From assembly GCA_951406725.2 (NCBI GenBank), contig OX597818.1:125550001-125614000 (forward strand): DNA of 64,000 nucleotides. Reading direction: 5' to 3'. The first letter of the stretch is position 1, and each line of letters opens with the position of its first letter. The DNA is from Octopus vulgaris. Taxonomy: Eukaryota. Position numbers and translations under genes: made by a program. Under the pieces are notes generated by a model. The model was not told the origin of the DNA, searched no databases, and saw only the letters and a list, made by a program, of their open reading frames with translations. This document shows positions 23,330 to 37,266 of the stretch, piece by piece.

Positions 23330-23865
23330 ATGAGTTGGGGGAGGTAGAATTTTCCCCGAATATAATTTTTTTTGGCACCTGGAAGAAATTAGTCTTTTTG
23401 AGTTTTTGTAGGGCCGAACCATATAATCATTTCCGAAGTCTACTGCTAGCAATATTGTTTGAAATAATACACCGTATGAGAGGGTCTCGTCAATCAAGAT
23501 AATGCTTTACTTCACACTGCACAAGTCACTAAAAATGTTCTGGAAAGACAGATGTAAAAAATAAAAAGAAAGAAGAAAATGCGGAAATACCTTCCATATT
23601 CTTCAGATGTACTTTAAACAAACTTCCATAACTTCCCAAAACCATTTAGACGGGGAAAGTATGGTTTGTAGGAAAGATATAGAAAATTAATAAAATATGT
23701 ATTTTAATTAAAAAGAAATTTTCGAATAGGATATTCAAAAACTGACAAGCAGATGGAGAGAAATAACAGAAAATGAAGAAAATTAGAAAGATAATATAGT
23801 TTCAGTATTAAATATCATGTTTGCACTTTTAAATAAATATTGAAAACCGGAGAGAACTTTGTATA
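23330..23865 (+). mobile_element. Highly degraded mariner transposase fragment
   Basis: Broken frames give QDNALLHTAQVTKNVLE, LPYSSD, NHLDG and IQKLTSRWREITENEE. Confidence 0.6.
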
Positions 23866-23870
23866 TAATC

Positions 23871-23901
<31 letters not shown>

Positions 23902-24290
23902 TGTATGTATGTATGTATGTATGTATGTATGTATGTACGTATGTATGTATGTATGTATGTATGTATGTATGTATGTATGTATGTATGTATGTATGTATGT
24001 ATGTATGCATGTATGTATGTATGTATGTATGTATGTATGTATGTATGTATGTATGCATGTATGTATGTAAGTAAGTAAGCAAGCAGGTAAGCAAGCAATC
24101 AAGCAAGCAAGCAAGCACCCACCCATCCATCCATCCATCCATCCATCCAACCATTCACCCACCCACCCACCCACCCACCCACCCATCCATTCATCCATCC
24201 ATCCATCCGTCCGTCTGACCGTCCATCTATCCATCCGTCCGTCCATCCATCCATCCATCCATCCATCCATTCATCCATCCATCCATCCAT

Positions 24291-24348
<58 letters not shown>

Positions 24349-24366
24349 CACCACCACCACCACCAT

Positions 24367-24411
<45 letters not shown>

Positions 24412-24414
24412 CAA

Positions 24415-24464
<50 letters not shown>

Positions 24465-24477
24465 TTACTATTACTGC

Positions 24478-24509
<32 letters not shown>

Positions 24510-24660
24510 CTGCAAACCACCTATCGACTCAACAATGCGGATGTCTCTTTCTACGCGAAGGATCAGAGTAATTTTTTTTTATCGTAAACGGAATGAAGTT
24601 TTAAAATATTTGGTGGGTAATAAATACATGTAACATGACAGACATATTTTCAGAACCGTC

Positions 24661-25002
24661 TCGCTGGCAGAATCGTTAGGACGCCGGGCGAAATGCTTAG
24701 CGGTATTTCCTCTGCCGCTACGTTCTGAGTTCAAATTCCGCCGAGGTCGACTTTGCCTTTCATCCTTTCGGGGGTCGGTTAAATAAATACCAGTTACGCA
24801 CTGGGGGTCGATATTTTCGACTTAATCCGTTTGTCTGTCATTGTTTGTCCCTTCTGTGTTTAGCCCCTTGTGGGTAGTAAAGAAATATGTATTTCCTCTG
24901 CCGTTACGTTCTGGTCGCCGAGGTCGACTTTGCTTTTCATCCTTTCGGGGTCGATACATTAAGTACCAGTTACACACTGGGGTCGATGTAATCGACTTAA
25001 TC
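24661..25002 (+). mobile_element. Family A SINE with a tandemly duplicated 3' part
   Basis: A full copy to ..GGGTAGTAAAGAAATA is followed by a second GTATTTCCTCTGCCG..ATCGACTTAATC unit. Confidence 0.85.
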
Positions 25003-25237
25003 ATGTCTCACAACATCTAATGGCAATTGGAAACTCAAATCGACAGCTTAGTTACCCAACGTAGATAGAAAAAAACCCCAGATGTAAACTGTTCCAAGAA
25101 AGTTTAAAGACTCTTTGTTACTTTATTATCTGACCCAATCATTATTCGATCTGGTTTCAAAAACCAATCACTATACAATTTCTTCTTTACTTTCTTTTCA
25201 TGTGCCCTAATAACTATTTTTAAAGATATATTTGATA

Positions 25238-25426
25238 CAGTTCTATATTTAAGAGATGAGGAATTATGTGCATTATTTACATTTGACGGATATTTGTCCT
25301 CATCTTCTTTTTTGTTAACACAACGTTTCGGCTGATATATCCTCCAGCCTTCATCAGGTGTCGTGGGGAAATTTTTAATCTCGATTCTCATTCCTAAGGT
25401 ATTTTTCGATGTTGTTGTTGTTGTTG

Positions 25427-25486
<60 letters not shown>

Positions 25487-25563
25487 TCACGGCCTGGAAT
25501 CGAACGCAGAAGCTTAGGGTAAGTAGACTGCGCTCTTAACCACTACGCCATATGCCCATGGGC
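25238..25563 (-). mobile_element. tRNA-headed SINE-like element with a hammerhead-bearing tail
   Basis: A box TGGCGTAGTGG (25550-25540), B box GTTCGATTCC (25505-25496), (AAT)n(AAC)n spacer, HHR and a 3' hairpin. Confidence 0.7.
25317..25362 (-). ncRNA. Minimal type I hammerhead ribozyme (loopless stem III, dimer-type)
   Basis: GACAC-CUGAUGA-A-GGCUG(10-nt loop)CAGCC-GAAAC-GUU-GUGUU. Confidence 0.85.
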
Positions 25564-25565
25564 TA

Positions 25566-25608
<43 letters not shown>

Positions 25609-25724
25609 AATAATAATAATAATCATAATAATAATAATAATAATAATAACATTTTTCATTTTTTCGATCTCGTTTTAAAATTAATTTTCCTTTTGTGCTA
25701 TTTCTTCAGTCACAATACCTTTCA

Positions 25725-26108
25725 TTTTTCTTTTACTTGTTGTAGTCAAATGGATTGCGGCCATGTTGGGGCACAGTATTGAAGAGTTTAGTCGATTAAA
25801 CCGACCTCACAATGTTTTAAAGCCTGTTTTTTTGGTCACCCTCTTTTATCCAACCGCTAAGTTACGGGAATGTGAGCAAATCAACATTGATTGTCAAGCG
25901 ATGGTGGTGGTGGTGGTGGTAGCAGAAACACACATATACACACATATAGATGACGGGCTTCCTTTAGTTTCTGCCTATTAAATCCACTCACAAGGCTATG
26001 GTCAGCCCGAGGCTATAGTAAAAGACAACTGACCAAGATGCCACGCAGTGACGCTGAGACCGGAACCATGTAGTTGGGAAGCAATCTTCTTACCATACTG
26101 TCATGCCA
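25725..26108 (-). mobile_element. Older family B SINE
   Basis: Diverged match to 27980-28390. Confidence 0.7.
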
Positions 26109-27355
26109 TTTCAAAAATGCATTTATTTGTTAATTGATCCAATAATTAGACTTTTAAGATTACCTTTTGTCAATCATATTACATATTTTAAAAATCACTT
26201 CATATGTTTTTATCCATTTTAAAGTCTTGGATACTTTGAAGTTTGAAGCACTTTGACATCTGGAGTACTTTGAAGTCTAAGATTAATTCAGTATTTTACA
26301 AGAACAGATTTTTGGATTATAGCTAAGAAGAAAAAAATGAAAAAGATCCCGACCCTTTCTCTGCATCGATTATGGATAAATTGCAGCCGGCGAGATTTTG
26401 TTTTTGAACGGAATGCCAACGAAAAATTAAATTGAATTATTTTAGTAGTCCATTCTTAATGATTAACCACTGCCTGCTTTTCCAAGAAGGTCGCCCCATG
26501 CTTGCTCTATATCGTTACTCAACTGTATAGAAATAGCAGTTAAATCATAAGCAGATCATACTTTTATAGTCTTTGACAAAAAGTGAAGGACGTGTTGGAT
26601 TATATATTCCAAGATGCACTAGATATGAAAAGAAGATAGGATGATCATATCTAGATCACTTGTAATCTTACTTTGGTCAGGTCGGCCAGAATGAATCAAG
26701 AATGGTTTGGGGGTTCCACAAAAACAACAACAACAACATCTTCAGCACACATCAATGGTTATTACCAATAATGCCACCGCAAAATTACAGCAACAATAAC
26801 GCGAGTCAATTCCTCCTCTATGTGGTTACTCAGCATGTTCGAAAAAGAAGCCCAAAACCCTCTCGGTTCACGCTGTACCGTCATAAATAAATAACTAAAG
26901 GGATACATTAGGTAATATAGCCAGAGCTATAAACACGCATAAAAAGAGCCGGGTGGCCACGACTGAAATAGTTTTTATCAGATGTCTAATCGTTCAGAAT
27001 TGAATTACAGCTAAATCACTACCATAACGCAAATAGTCAACGATCAGCTAGAAATAGCAGTCAGCTCATTCTAAACACTTACCCTGAAAATTTTTTTTAT
27101 CGCAGAACAAAAACCCCAAAACATCTGACGTCGTATAATAATTTGTAGCTAAGAATAGGTCATTTTTGACCGAAATATCAGCTACATAAACAGTTTATCA
27201 TAGGAAATGGGTAAAATATATTGTAATATAATTCCATACAGTTTGGTTTTCTTAAATCATTTCATTTGTGACAGCAATACTTCTGAACTATATTCCAAAC
27301 ATTTTATTCTAGCTATATAAATATACATACATAGACACACTTGATTTACACACAC

Positions 27356-27402
<47 letters not shown>

Positions 27403-27979
27403 CACACACATACACACATACGATGTATATATGTATATATAAATATGTATCTATATGTGTGTGAATATGTGTATGTATATATATATGTATATTTATGTAT
27501 ATATGCGCATTATATACATATACTACACACACACACATAGAGAGATATGTACATACGTATGCGCGCGCACACACTCACATACATACACACACATATATGT
27601 ATATACATGTAGATAAAAATATACATGCACAAATACACACATATATATGTGTTAGTCAACATGTATACAGATACACACACATATACTTAAATATATGTAT
27701 ATCTATACACACATACTCGTATACATTTGAAACGAGAGAAGATGTGATAAACCTTTATTTCAATAAGCTTCAACTTTACCAACGAAAGAATAAATAAAAC
27801 TGACCTGAGGCAAACTGATTATTTCTAATGAAAAAGAAAGGAAAACTAATAAATATACATTTGCACACACATGTATGTATGTATGTATGTATGTATTATG
27901 TAAGCATACACATACACATGTATTCATACATATTCGAACGTGTCTAAATATATATGCATATGTATATATATATGTATAT

Positions 27980-28388
27980 TACTCTTTTCTTTTACTCTTT
28001 TACTTGTTTCAGTCATTTGACTGCGGCCATGCTGGAGCACCACCTTTAATCGAGCAACTCGACACCGGGACTTATTCTTTTGTAAGCCCAGTACTTATTC
28101 TATCGGTCTGTTTTGCCGAACCGCTAAGTAACGGGGACATAAACACACCAGCATCGGTTGTCAAGCAATGCTAGGGGGACAAACACAGACACACAAACAC
28201 ACACACGCATATATATACATATATTCGACGGGCTTCTTTCAGTTTCCGTCTACCAAATCCACTCACAAGGCATTGGTCGGCCCGAGGCTATAGTAGAAGA
28301 CACTTGCCCAAGGTGCCACGCAGTGGGACTGAACCCGGAACCATGTGGTTGGTAAACAAGCTACTTACCACACAGCCACTCCTGCGCC

Positions 28389-28390
<2 letters not shown>
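27980..28390 (-). mobile_element. Family B SINE, full length
   Basis: Minus strand runs from GGCGCAGGAGTGGCTGTGTGGTAAG to ACTGAAACAAGTAAAAGAGTAAAAG. Confidence 0.9.
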
Positions 28391-28453
<63 letters not shown>

Positions 28454-28483
28454 ACATATATATATACATACATACATATATAT

Positions 28484-28514
<31 letters not shown>

Positions 28515-29000
28515 CATACATATACTTATATGTATGCATGTCTATATATGTGTGTATAGATATATATACATACACACATATATACATACACATGTATATA
28601 TATATATGTATATATATATATATACATACATATATACATATGTGTATGTATATACTTAGTTATGTATATTTACACATACACACACAGAAACCCCACATAC
28701 ATGCCCGATGAAGGGAAAGAGAGAGTGCGAGAGACATAGAGAGTGAGAAAGAGAAAGAGAGCGACAGACAGACAGACAGAAACAGAGATTGCTATACGAG
28801 GGTGGAACAGTGGGTACGATAGGAGCATACCAAGACATATAAAACCAAAAGAAAAACATAGATAGGTCGACCATTCATGTCACCCTTGCAAGAAGCGTTA
28901 CTGTTGTCACCCCACCACCTGCCACCCGACCACCTGCCAAAGATGGCATCATTATAAAGTAAATGAGCAAATTGCTATGACATCCACATTTGCATATACG

Positions 29001-29086
<86 letters not shown>

Positions 29087-29115
29087 CATATATATATACA
29101 TATATATATATATAC

Positions 29116-29162
<47 letters not shown>

Positions 29163-29204
29163 TGTATATATATACATACATATATATATACATATATATT
29201 TATA

Positions 29205-29237
<33 letters not shown>

Positions 29238-29392
29238 GTATATGTCAGTATACATACATATATATGTATGTGTGTGTATTCGTCTATGTTGTTTAAATAC
29301 CTGCTACTGACCAATCTTGATTTATTTCTCTTATATCATTTTTGTTTACATACAGGCATGCATATACGCACACATATATGTGTGTGGTCTGT

Positions 29393-29464
<72 letters not shown>

Positions 29465-29642
29465 CAATGTGCGCGTGTCTGATATTACTTGTTATATAAA
29501 ACCCTTAAGTTAAATCAACATATGTCACGCTAATCATCGCAGTCTCCCCGCCGATGACATCCTAATTATCATCATTGTTATCGCTGTTATAATAATAATA
29601 ATAATAATAATGATGATGATGATAATAATAATAATACTGATG

Positions 29643-29708
<66 letters not shown>

Positions 29709-29953
29709 TTAATTATTATTATTATAATAATGGCTTCAAATTTTGCCACAACGGCTGAAATTTGGGGAAAGATATCAAGTCGATTACATTGACCCCTGTG
29801 AACATACTGACTTCGACGGAATTTGAACTCAGAACATAGCGGCAGACGAAATATCGCTAAGCATTTCGCCTACTATGCTAACGTTCCTGTCAGCTCGCCG
29901 CCTAAATAATAATAACAACAACAACAACAATAATAATGATAATAATAATAATG

Positions 29954-29989
<36 letters not shown>

Positions 29990-29992
<3 letters not shown>

Positions 29993-30547
29993 GCCCTGAT
30001 GCAGTACCAGGCAGTGGCTCTCATGGCTTCTGATCTTAACTGATTGGAAGTGTTATCGTGTACATTTTTTTTGTCTTGGTATAAAAGATGGGCTACAGCA
30101 AATATTCTGCTCAATACCACAGATTTGCTTGTCAGTTGTTTGACCTTAACCAGTTGAGCATGTCCCTTAGTGGCTGACGATATGTGCATCTCTGATCACG
30201 AGCAGAAGTAGTGGGGGAGCATCATAGCCATGTGTTGTGAGGGATTCTTTGGGGTTTGAATAATTCACCTCTGGAAACATGGGTGTTTTGTTCAACATCC
30301 TTAAACAACCCTTATTCAGGGACCTTTTGAGCGGGATGGGCTACTCAACCTGAAGAAATTTCTAACTGGGCCCCACCTGCAAGGTCATGTGCTGTTTATC
30401 TTGATATGAGATCACCATGTCGCGCACATATGGTTGTGATGCATGTGCCTGGTGTACCTTTATCAGACGGGTAGTCATGATGGGTATATTGGGCTTCGTA
30501 TATTTTACCCCAGTGTCACTTTGATTGCATGCACTGCTCTCTCACTC

Positions 30548-30548
<1 letters not shown>
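29990..30548. mobile_element. Non-coding interspersed repeat inserted in (AAT)n; partial second copy at 30940-31092
   Basis: (AAT)n lies on both sides. 30397-30548 is nearly identical to 30940-31092, and both end CTCTCTCACTC(AAT)n. Confidence 0.7.
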
Positions 30549-30594
<46 letters not shown>

Positions 30595-31091
30595 CAACAC
30601 TAGTACAACACTAAGTACAAAACCAAAAATATGGCACCCTAGGCATAACACCAACATGAACTTCCAACTTATCTCTTGAGGTCTCTGGGTGAGACTTCGA
30701 ACCAACTTGTACAAATGTAAAGCAAAAGTCAAAGATAGAATAATAAAAATAATTGTATCAAATTTGCCACAAGAGCAGCCATTTCAGGGGAGGGGCCGAG
30801 TTCAGTGTTTACTGGTATTTTATTGATCTTGAAAGGATGAAAGCAAAGTTGACCTCGGCGGAATTTGAAATCAGAACGTAGCAGCAGACGAAATACCTAT
30901 TTCTTTACTACCCACAAGGGGCTAAACACAGAGAGGACAATATCTTGACATGAGATCACCATGTCGCGCACATATGGTTGTGATGCATGTGCCTGGTGTA
31001 CCCTTATCAGATGGGTAGTCATGATGGGTATACTAGGCTTCGTATATTTTACCCCAGTGTCACTTTGATGGCATGCACTGCTCTCTCACTC

Positions 31092-31144
<53 letters not shown>

Positions 31145-31764
31145 TAATAATAATAGATAGATAAGTAATCTTTTCTTTATTGAACACACACAGACAGACA
31201 CACAAAAAAAGGATAATACAAAAACAAAGGACACGTGGAGCCTAACAAAAACACGTGTAAACAATAAAATGCCTCAGAAGCGAGGAGTTCCATCCAGGAG
31301 TAATCACTGTCTATTTTGGTACAGGCCTTGTAATTTTGAGGAGTGGAGATGTCGATTACTTCTACTATCCTCACCACCACCCGTCTACCTCTTCTCCGAA
31401 ACCATTATCAGTATGTTTGACGCATGAAGAATACAAACAGTTGTTCGTCCTCATCTGACCGACAACACACGTGCATAGTTCACACCCGATTTATCCCGAT
31501 AGGTCAAGCAAGTCCGTTCCCTGAAGTTGAACCCGCAAACCTCGAAAACACCGGAAGAATAACAATGTGTAAAACACTTGTACGGAAATCTTGCGCAAAC
31601 TTGTATCCTCCCCACCCTCTACACCTAACACCACTCCTACCGTCATGTTTCTTCCCAGTTAGCATAATATCAGGATTCACACATGTTTTGCCAACCCGCC
31701 TCTGCCGCCTCTATCACTACGGTAACCCATATCCACCATCATAACCATCAACAAACTTCATAAC

Positions 31765-31980
31765 CTATTTCTTTACTACCCACAAGGAGCTAAACACAGA
31801 GGGGACAAACAAGGACAGACAAACGGATTAAGTCGATTGCATCGACCCCAGTGCATAACAGGTACTTATTTAATCGACCCCGAAAGGATGAAAGGTAAAG
31901 TCGACCTCGGCGGAATTTGAACTCAGAATGTAACGGCAGACGAAATACCGGCGTGCTAACGATTCTGCCAGCTCGCCGCT
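31765..31980 (-). mobile_element. Family A SINE
   Basis: Reverse complement of 24661-24888. Confidence 0.85.
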
Positions 31981-32089
31981 GACAAACTTCATAACCATCA
32001 TCACCACCAACGCTACCATTGCTGCCATCAGCGTTGACACTGCAACCAAGTATCAGCAGAAACATCACACCGCAATCACCACCGTCACC

Positions 32090-32565
32090 AGTAACACAAC
32101 ATCAGCACCACCACCAGCACCACTGCCACCACCAGCAGCAGCTCCACCAGCAGCAGCAGCACCACCACCACCAGTGTTGTCGCTACCATCTCTGTCAACA
32201 GCGCTGCCACCACCAAAACCGCCACCAAACCACCGCCGCCGCCACCAGCAACAGCAGCACCACCACCACCACCACCGCCGCCGCCGCCAGCAGCAGCAGC
32301 AGCACCACCAACACCACCACCACCACCGCCGCCGCCACCAGCACCAGCACCACCAACACCACCAGCACCACCACCACCACCTCTGCGCACCCCGTCACCA
32401 CTGCCGTCGCTACCATCCCCGTCAACAGCACCGCCAGCGCCGCCAGCGCCGCCAGCGCCGCCACCAACACGGCTGCCACCACGTTCTGCACCACCACGAC
32501 CGGCACCACCACCACTACCACCACCACCACCACCACCACCACTACAACAACGACCACCACCAACA
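32090..32565. repeat. Compound (CAC/CAG/GCC)n trinucleotide repeat
   Basis: Open in several frames on both strands, as expected for a trinucleotide repeat. Confidence 0.9.
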
Positions 32566-32916
32566 CGACTGCTAAGCATTTCGCCCGGCGTGCTAACGTT
32601 TCTGCCAGCTCGCCGCCTTCACATGATTAATTATACCGAAACAATGCACTCGTTGGCCTTGTTAAAAATTAGCTGTGAAAATCGAGATTAAACAGCCGAT
32701 CGCATTTTTTTGAAAGATAAAAGAATGATGAGGAGAGCGTCAAATAATGTAGGTTTTGATACCTTTTAAATAAGAGCAAGGTCATGGATGGATTGTCTTT
32801 GATCATAGGTATGTTTTGATCAGAATTGATGTATTGGTAAACAGCAAATTTACACATCACATCCCTACTTTACATCCCTTCTAACTCTCCGTCATTGTCA
32901 TCGTTGTCATCATCAT

Positions 32917-32961
<45 letters not shown>

Positions 32962-34313
32962 TGTCATCGTCAACATCGTCGTCATCCGCCTCCTCCTCCT
33001 CCTCCTCCTCCTCATCATCATCACCGTCGTCGTCATCATCGTCTTAACCATCGTCGTCGTCGTCGTCGTCATCATCATCATCATTATCATCGTCGTCGTC
33101 GTCATCATCGTCTTAATCATCGTCGTCGTCATCATCATCGTCGTCATCATCATCACTGTCGTCGTCGTCATCATCGTCTTAATCATCGTCGTTATCATCA
33201 TCATCATTATCACCGTTGTCGTCGTCATCATCATCTTAATCGTCGTCGTCATCATCATCATCATCATCATCATCATTATCAACACCATCACCATCCCTCT
33301 CTTCAACTTCTGCCTCATTCCCTTCAGCGTCATCGTTGTTTATTTTGGTTATGCTTTGAAGGTTTTTCTTCTCTTCTTCCTACAGCAGCTGGTTGAATTG
33401 ACTAAATACATCCCATCAAATGAGCAACCTTCCGTATCAATATGAGAAAACAATGTCTTGCTCATCATCATCAGTATCATCATCATGAATGCCGTCAACA
33501 ACTATTCTCAACAGGTTTCACAGATCACTGACTATGATCTAATTGACCAATTGATTAATTGACGAAAAACTATTAGTTTAAACCGAAAGAGGACACGCTG
33601 TTTTTCCTCTTATTTTTGACAATATGGCTATAACATACCTGGAAGAAATGTCTCCCGCACTTGTCGACATGCATATAATGATATTAAGACATTGAGCAAA
33701 TATGTTTTTTTGAACCCTGCAAACAAGACACAAACAAAACACAAACATGTATACGCATTGATCACCCATTTCAGTAAACTGACAGTATATCATCAGTACA
33801 TACTGAAACATTATAACTATTACGATTCGTGATAAAAAAAAATTATATCTCAAATAAGCTGTTTCAAATCATACAACGGTGGATTATTTATTTATTTATG
33901 TATTTATTTATTTAGTCTTTAATTAATTCACGATTAAGTTTGTAATATCCACGTGCTATGCTCTATGAATCGGGCTGTTAACCATTTACATATACATACA
34001 TACATACATACATACATACATACATACATACATACGTAAATACATAAATACATACATGCATGCATATATGCATACAAACATGCTGGCATACATACGCATA
34101 TACGTAAATACATACAAACATGCATACGAACATGCAGGCATAGATACATACATAGATACATACATACACAAACATACATACATACATGCATACACATACA
34201 AACATGCATACGAACATGCAGGCATACATACATACATAGATACATACATACATACATACACAAACATACATACATACATACATACATACATGCATACACA
34301 CATACATACATGC

Positions 34314-34378
<65 letters not shown>

Positions 34379-34527
34379 AAAGTTCAATTCCTGTACGAAC
34401 CCAGAAGTACAGAGCTCGCATATCACATTATAGATCTGTAAAAGAAACCCTTTGCATACTATAAAACGGTTAGGCATAGGTATATCATCCGTAAAATAGA
34501 AAAATATGACAATATTAAAGGAAGTTT

Positions 34528-34730
34528 TAAGGCGGCGAGCTGGCAGAATCGTTAGCACGCCGGGTAAAATGCTCAGCGGCATTTTGTCCGTCTTAACTCT
34601 CAACCGAGATCGACTTTGCCTTTCATCTTTTCGGGATCGATAAAATACGTACCAGTTGAGTACTAGGCTCGATGTAATTGACTAGGACCTTACCTCAAAT
34701 TGCTGGCCTTGTGCCAAAATTTGAATCCTA
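34528..34730 (+). mobile_element. Family A SINE
   Basis: AAGGCGGCGAGCTGGCAGAATCGTTAGCACGCCGGG..GTGCCAAAATTTGAA. Confidence 0.85.
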
Positions 34731-34739
34731 TATTTACAT

Positions 34740-35225
34740 GATGTTTACCTGGACTCGCGACCACATTATATCACCTCTTGTCTTGAAGGAGATAACTACA
34801 AAATATCTCATGAACAAATGATACAGCGAAGCCCTTAAAATTTCTAGACGCTACCGCAAATGTCATTTATGCCATCTTTCTGTGGAGGACATAACACATG
34901 TAATCAACAGCTGTTCAAAAATGGGAGGTACTACCTCCCATTGTGACATGATGTTGTTGCTAAAACAATATACAATGCCGTCCGCAGAAATGACAGCCCT
35001 GGGATATATACAAACAACAGCCGTGGTAGGGAGTACATACATATCACTGCGAATACTGATGGGACATTTTCATCAAAACTTCTACCAAGTGCAAACATCA
35101 TAGGTGACATAGTTATTTGGGGAAAAAAAAAAAAAAACTAATTCATGTACAGTCAAAGATATGTTGCCCAGGAGATGTAGAAGTATCTTCCAAAATCAGA
35201 GTGGAGAATATGTAAGGACAACAAC
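34740..35225 (+). mobile_element. Degenerate R4/Dong-like LINE fragment
   Basis: EITTKYLMNK and CHLCHLSVEDITHVINSCSKM..HDVVAK (CCHC knuckle), homologous to 690-850. Confidence 0.7.
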
Positions 35226-35265
35226 GTCGAAACTTGCAACTCCTCTACCCCTCCCTCCTTTTTTC

Positions 35266-35299
<34 letters not shown>

Positions 35300-35329
35300 A
35301 AGTGTATATATATACATATATATATATGG

Positions 35330-35372
<43 letters not shown>

Positions 35373-35395
35373 TATATATATGGGGACACATATAT

Positions 35396-35428
<33 letters not shown>

Positions 35429-35490
35429 TGTGGGATTACATACATATATATATATATATATACATACATATATATGCATACATGTGGGAA

Positions 35491-35828
35491 GACGCGTGGC
35501 TTAGTGGTTAGATCATTCGGCTCACGATCGTAAGGTCGTGAGTTCAATTTCCGGCGACGCGTTGTATCCTTGAGCAAAACACTTTATTTTCACATTGCTC
35601 CAGTCCACTCAGCTAGCAAAAATGGGAAGTACCTGTATTTGAAATGGCCAGCTGGCAAAAATGGGAAGTACCTGTATTTGAAATGGCCAACCTTGTCACA
35701 CTCTGTGTCACATTGAATCTCTCTGAGAACTACGTTAAGGGTACACAGCTACTTGCACGTTTTACGAGCAAGCTATTCCGTTGATCGTATCAGCTGGGAC
35801 CCTCGTCGTCGTAACCGACGGAGTACTC
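35491..35828 (+). mobile_element. tRNA-derived SINE, family D; related copy at 47311-47640, tail fragments near 53983 and 57478
   Basis: GCGTGGCTTAGTGGTTAG..GAGTTCAATT..GTATCCTTGAGCAAAACACTT..CAGTCCACTCAGCT. Confidence 0.75.
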
Positions 35829-35833
35829 CACCC

Positions 35834-35903
<70 letters not shown>

Positions 35904-35950
35904 TTATCTCTCTATACACATACACACACACACATATATATATATATATA

Positions 35951-36090
35951 ATGTTTTTTCAGAATGAGATAAAAAACCGAGGCTGTGAAGATTTTAAAAC
36001 ATTTATTAATAGAAGGTAACTGTAAGACCTTTTGATAAATATTCTAAAATCTTGACAGCCTTGGTTTTTTATCTCATTCTGAAAAAATAT
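35951..36090. repeat. ~65-bp-arm fold-back palindrome in (TA)n
   Basis: TTTTTTCAGAATGAGATAAAAAACCGAGGCTGT.. / ..ACAGCCTTGGTTTTTTATCTCATTCTGAAAAAA. Confidence 0.9.
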
Positions 36091-36286
36091 ATATATACAC
36101 AGGCTGGTATATGACCTACGTTGGACTCCTTATTCGCGTAATCACCGAACCTGGAGCTTAACTATGGTGTGTCAATAGCAATTACTCAGCATTACCTGAC
36201 ACCTTTGGGTCTCATTGACACCATTACCTCTCATAACCTTGCTCTCTCTCTCTCTGTATATACACACACATACACACACACACACA

Positions 36287-36349
<63 letters not shown>

Positions 36350-36759
36350 GTAAGTATGTATATGTATGTATCTGTGTATCTGTTTTTATCTCTCTCTGTT
36401 CTATTCGTGTCTGGTATGCTTAATTTCCCGTCCGATTTGACATCACTACCTGGAAACTTGGATGATTTTAGCGGGATCCACTCTGTATGCCTTCGGTCCG
36501 ATGATAACTTTCTATCCACAGTCTTCGAAGTAATGACAAGTAACATAAGTATTGCCCTTCTTTTCTGACTGTTTGTTTCTTTCGCAAACTCTCTTTCTTC
36601 CCCACTCTCTCCCTTCATGTGCAGTTCCTTTCTTATAGGTGTCGGACAACCCTTTCCACCATACCAAAGTCAGAAAATTCATGTTTTTTTTTTTTAGGAA
36701 AGACACCTGATATTTTCTCCCGGTCTCTTTACTCACATATACTCGGCGAGTATCCTACC

Positions 36760-37095
36760 CTTTCGAGATTACCCTTGTGGCACAATACTTATTTAAGCCT
36801 TAGGCCGAGGGACTGGTTTGCGTGATATAAAGGCATGTCCACACTCTACTAGGCCGGCGTGACCAATGTCTAGGGGGACCAGTACTCCTTCGAGTTTTGT
36901 GTGCCTACGCTGCAGGACCATGTTTTTCAATTTGACCTATGACTAGGTCCCTTGACAGGGACTATCTTCCCAGGCCAGAGCCAGAGTGGGCCTAGGAGCA
37001 GTGGTGACTAAGAGGTAACTGCATGCCAACCAGAAACCCGAATTCCCGATCTGGATCCTCACTTGCAGATGTAGTTAAATATTTTGCTCTGGAGA
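36760..37095 (-). mobile_element. Old repeat resembling the cephalopod SINE 'Ceph' domain or an RTE 5' region
   Basis: Minus strand CATCTGCAAGTGAGGATCCAG..CTCCTAGGCCCACTCTGGC..GGGACCTAGTCATAGGTCAAAT. Recognised from memory, not aligned. Confidence 0.4.
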
Positions 37096-37266
37096 GTTTT
37101 CTCAGTAATTCTGTTTAACATTTCAACATGGCTATTCTGTAGGAACCGACGCTACAACAGTTTTTAACACCAGAAGGACGCCTCCTCCAGCCGGTTGCCG
37201 ATGCCATCTGCATCCGGTATATATTGCAAATAGGAGAGCGAACCCATACCATCTTGCAACGACAAC

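Noticed and set aside
33578-33853. Cys-containing ORF resembling a LINE zinc knuckle
   Set aside because: Too degenerate to assign by eye.
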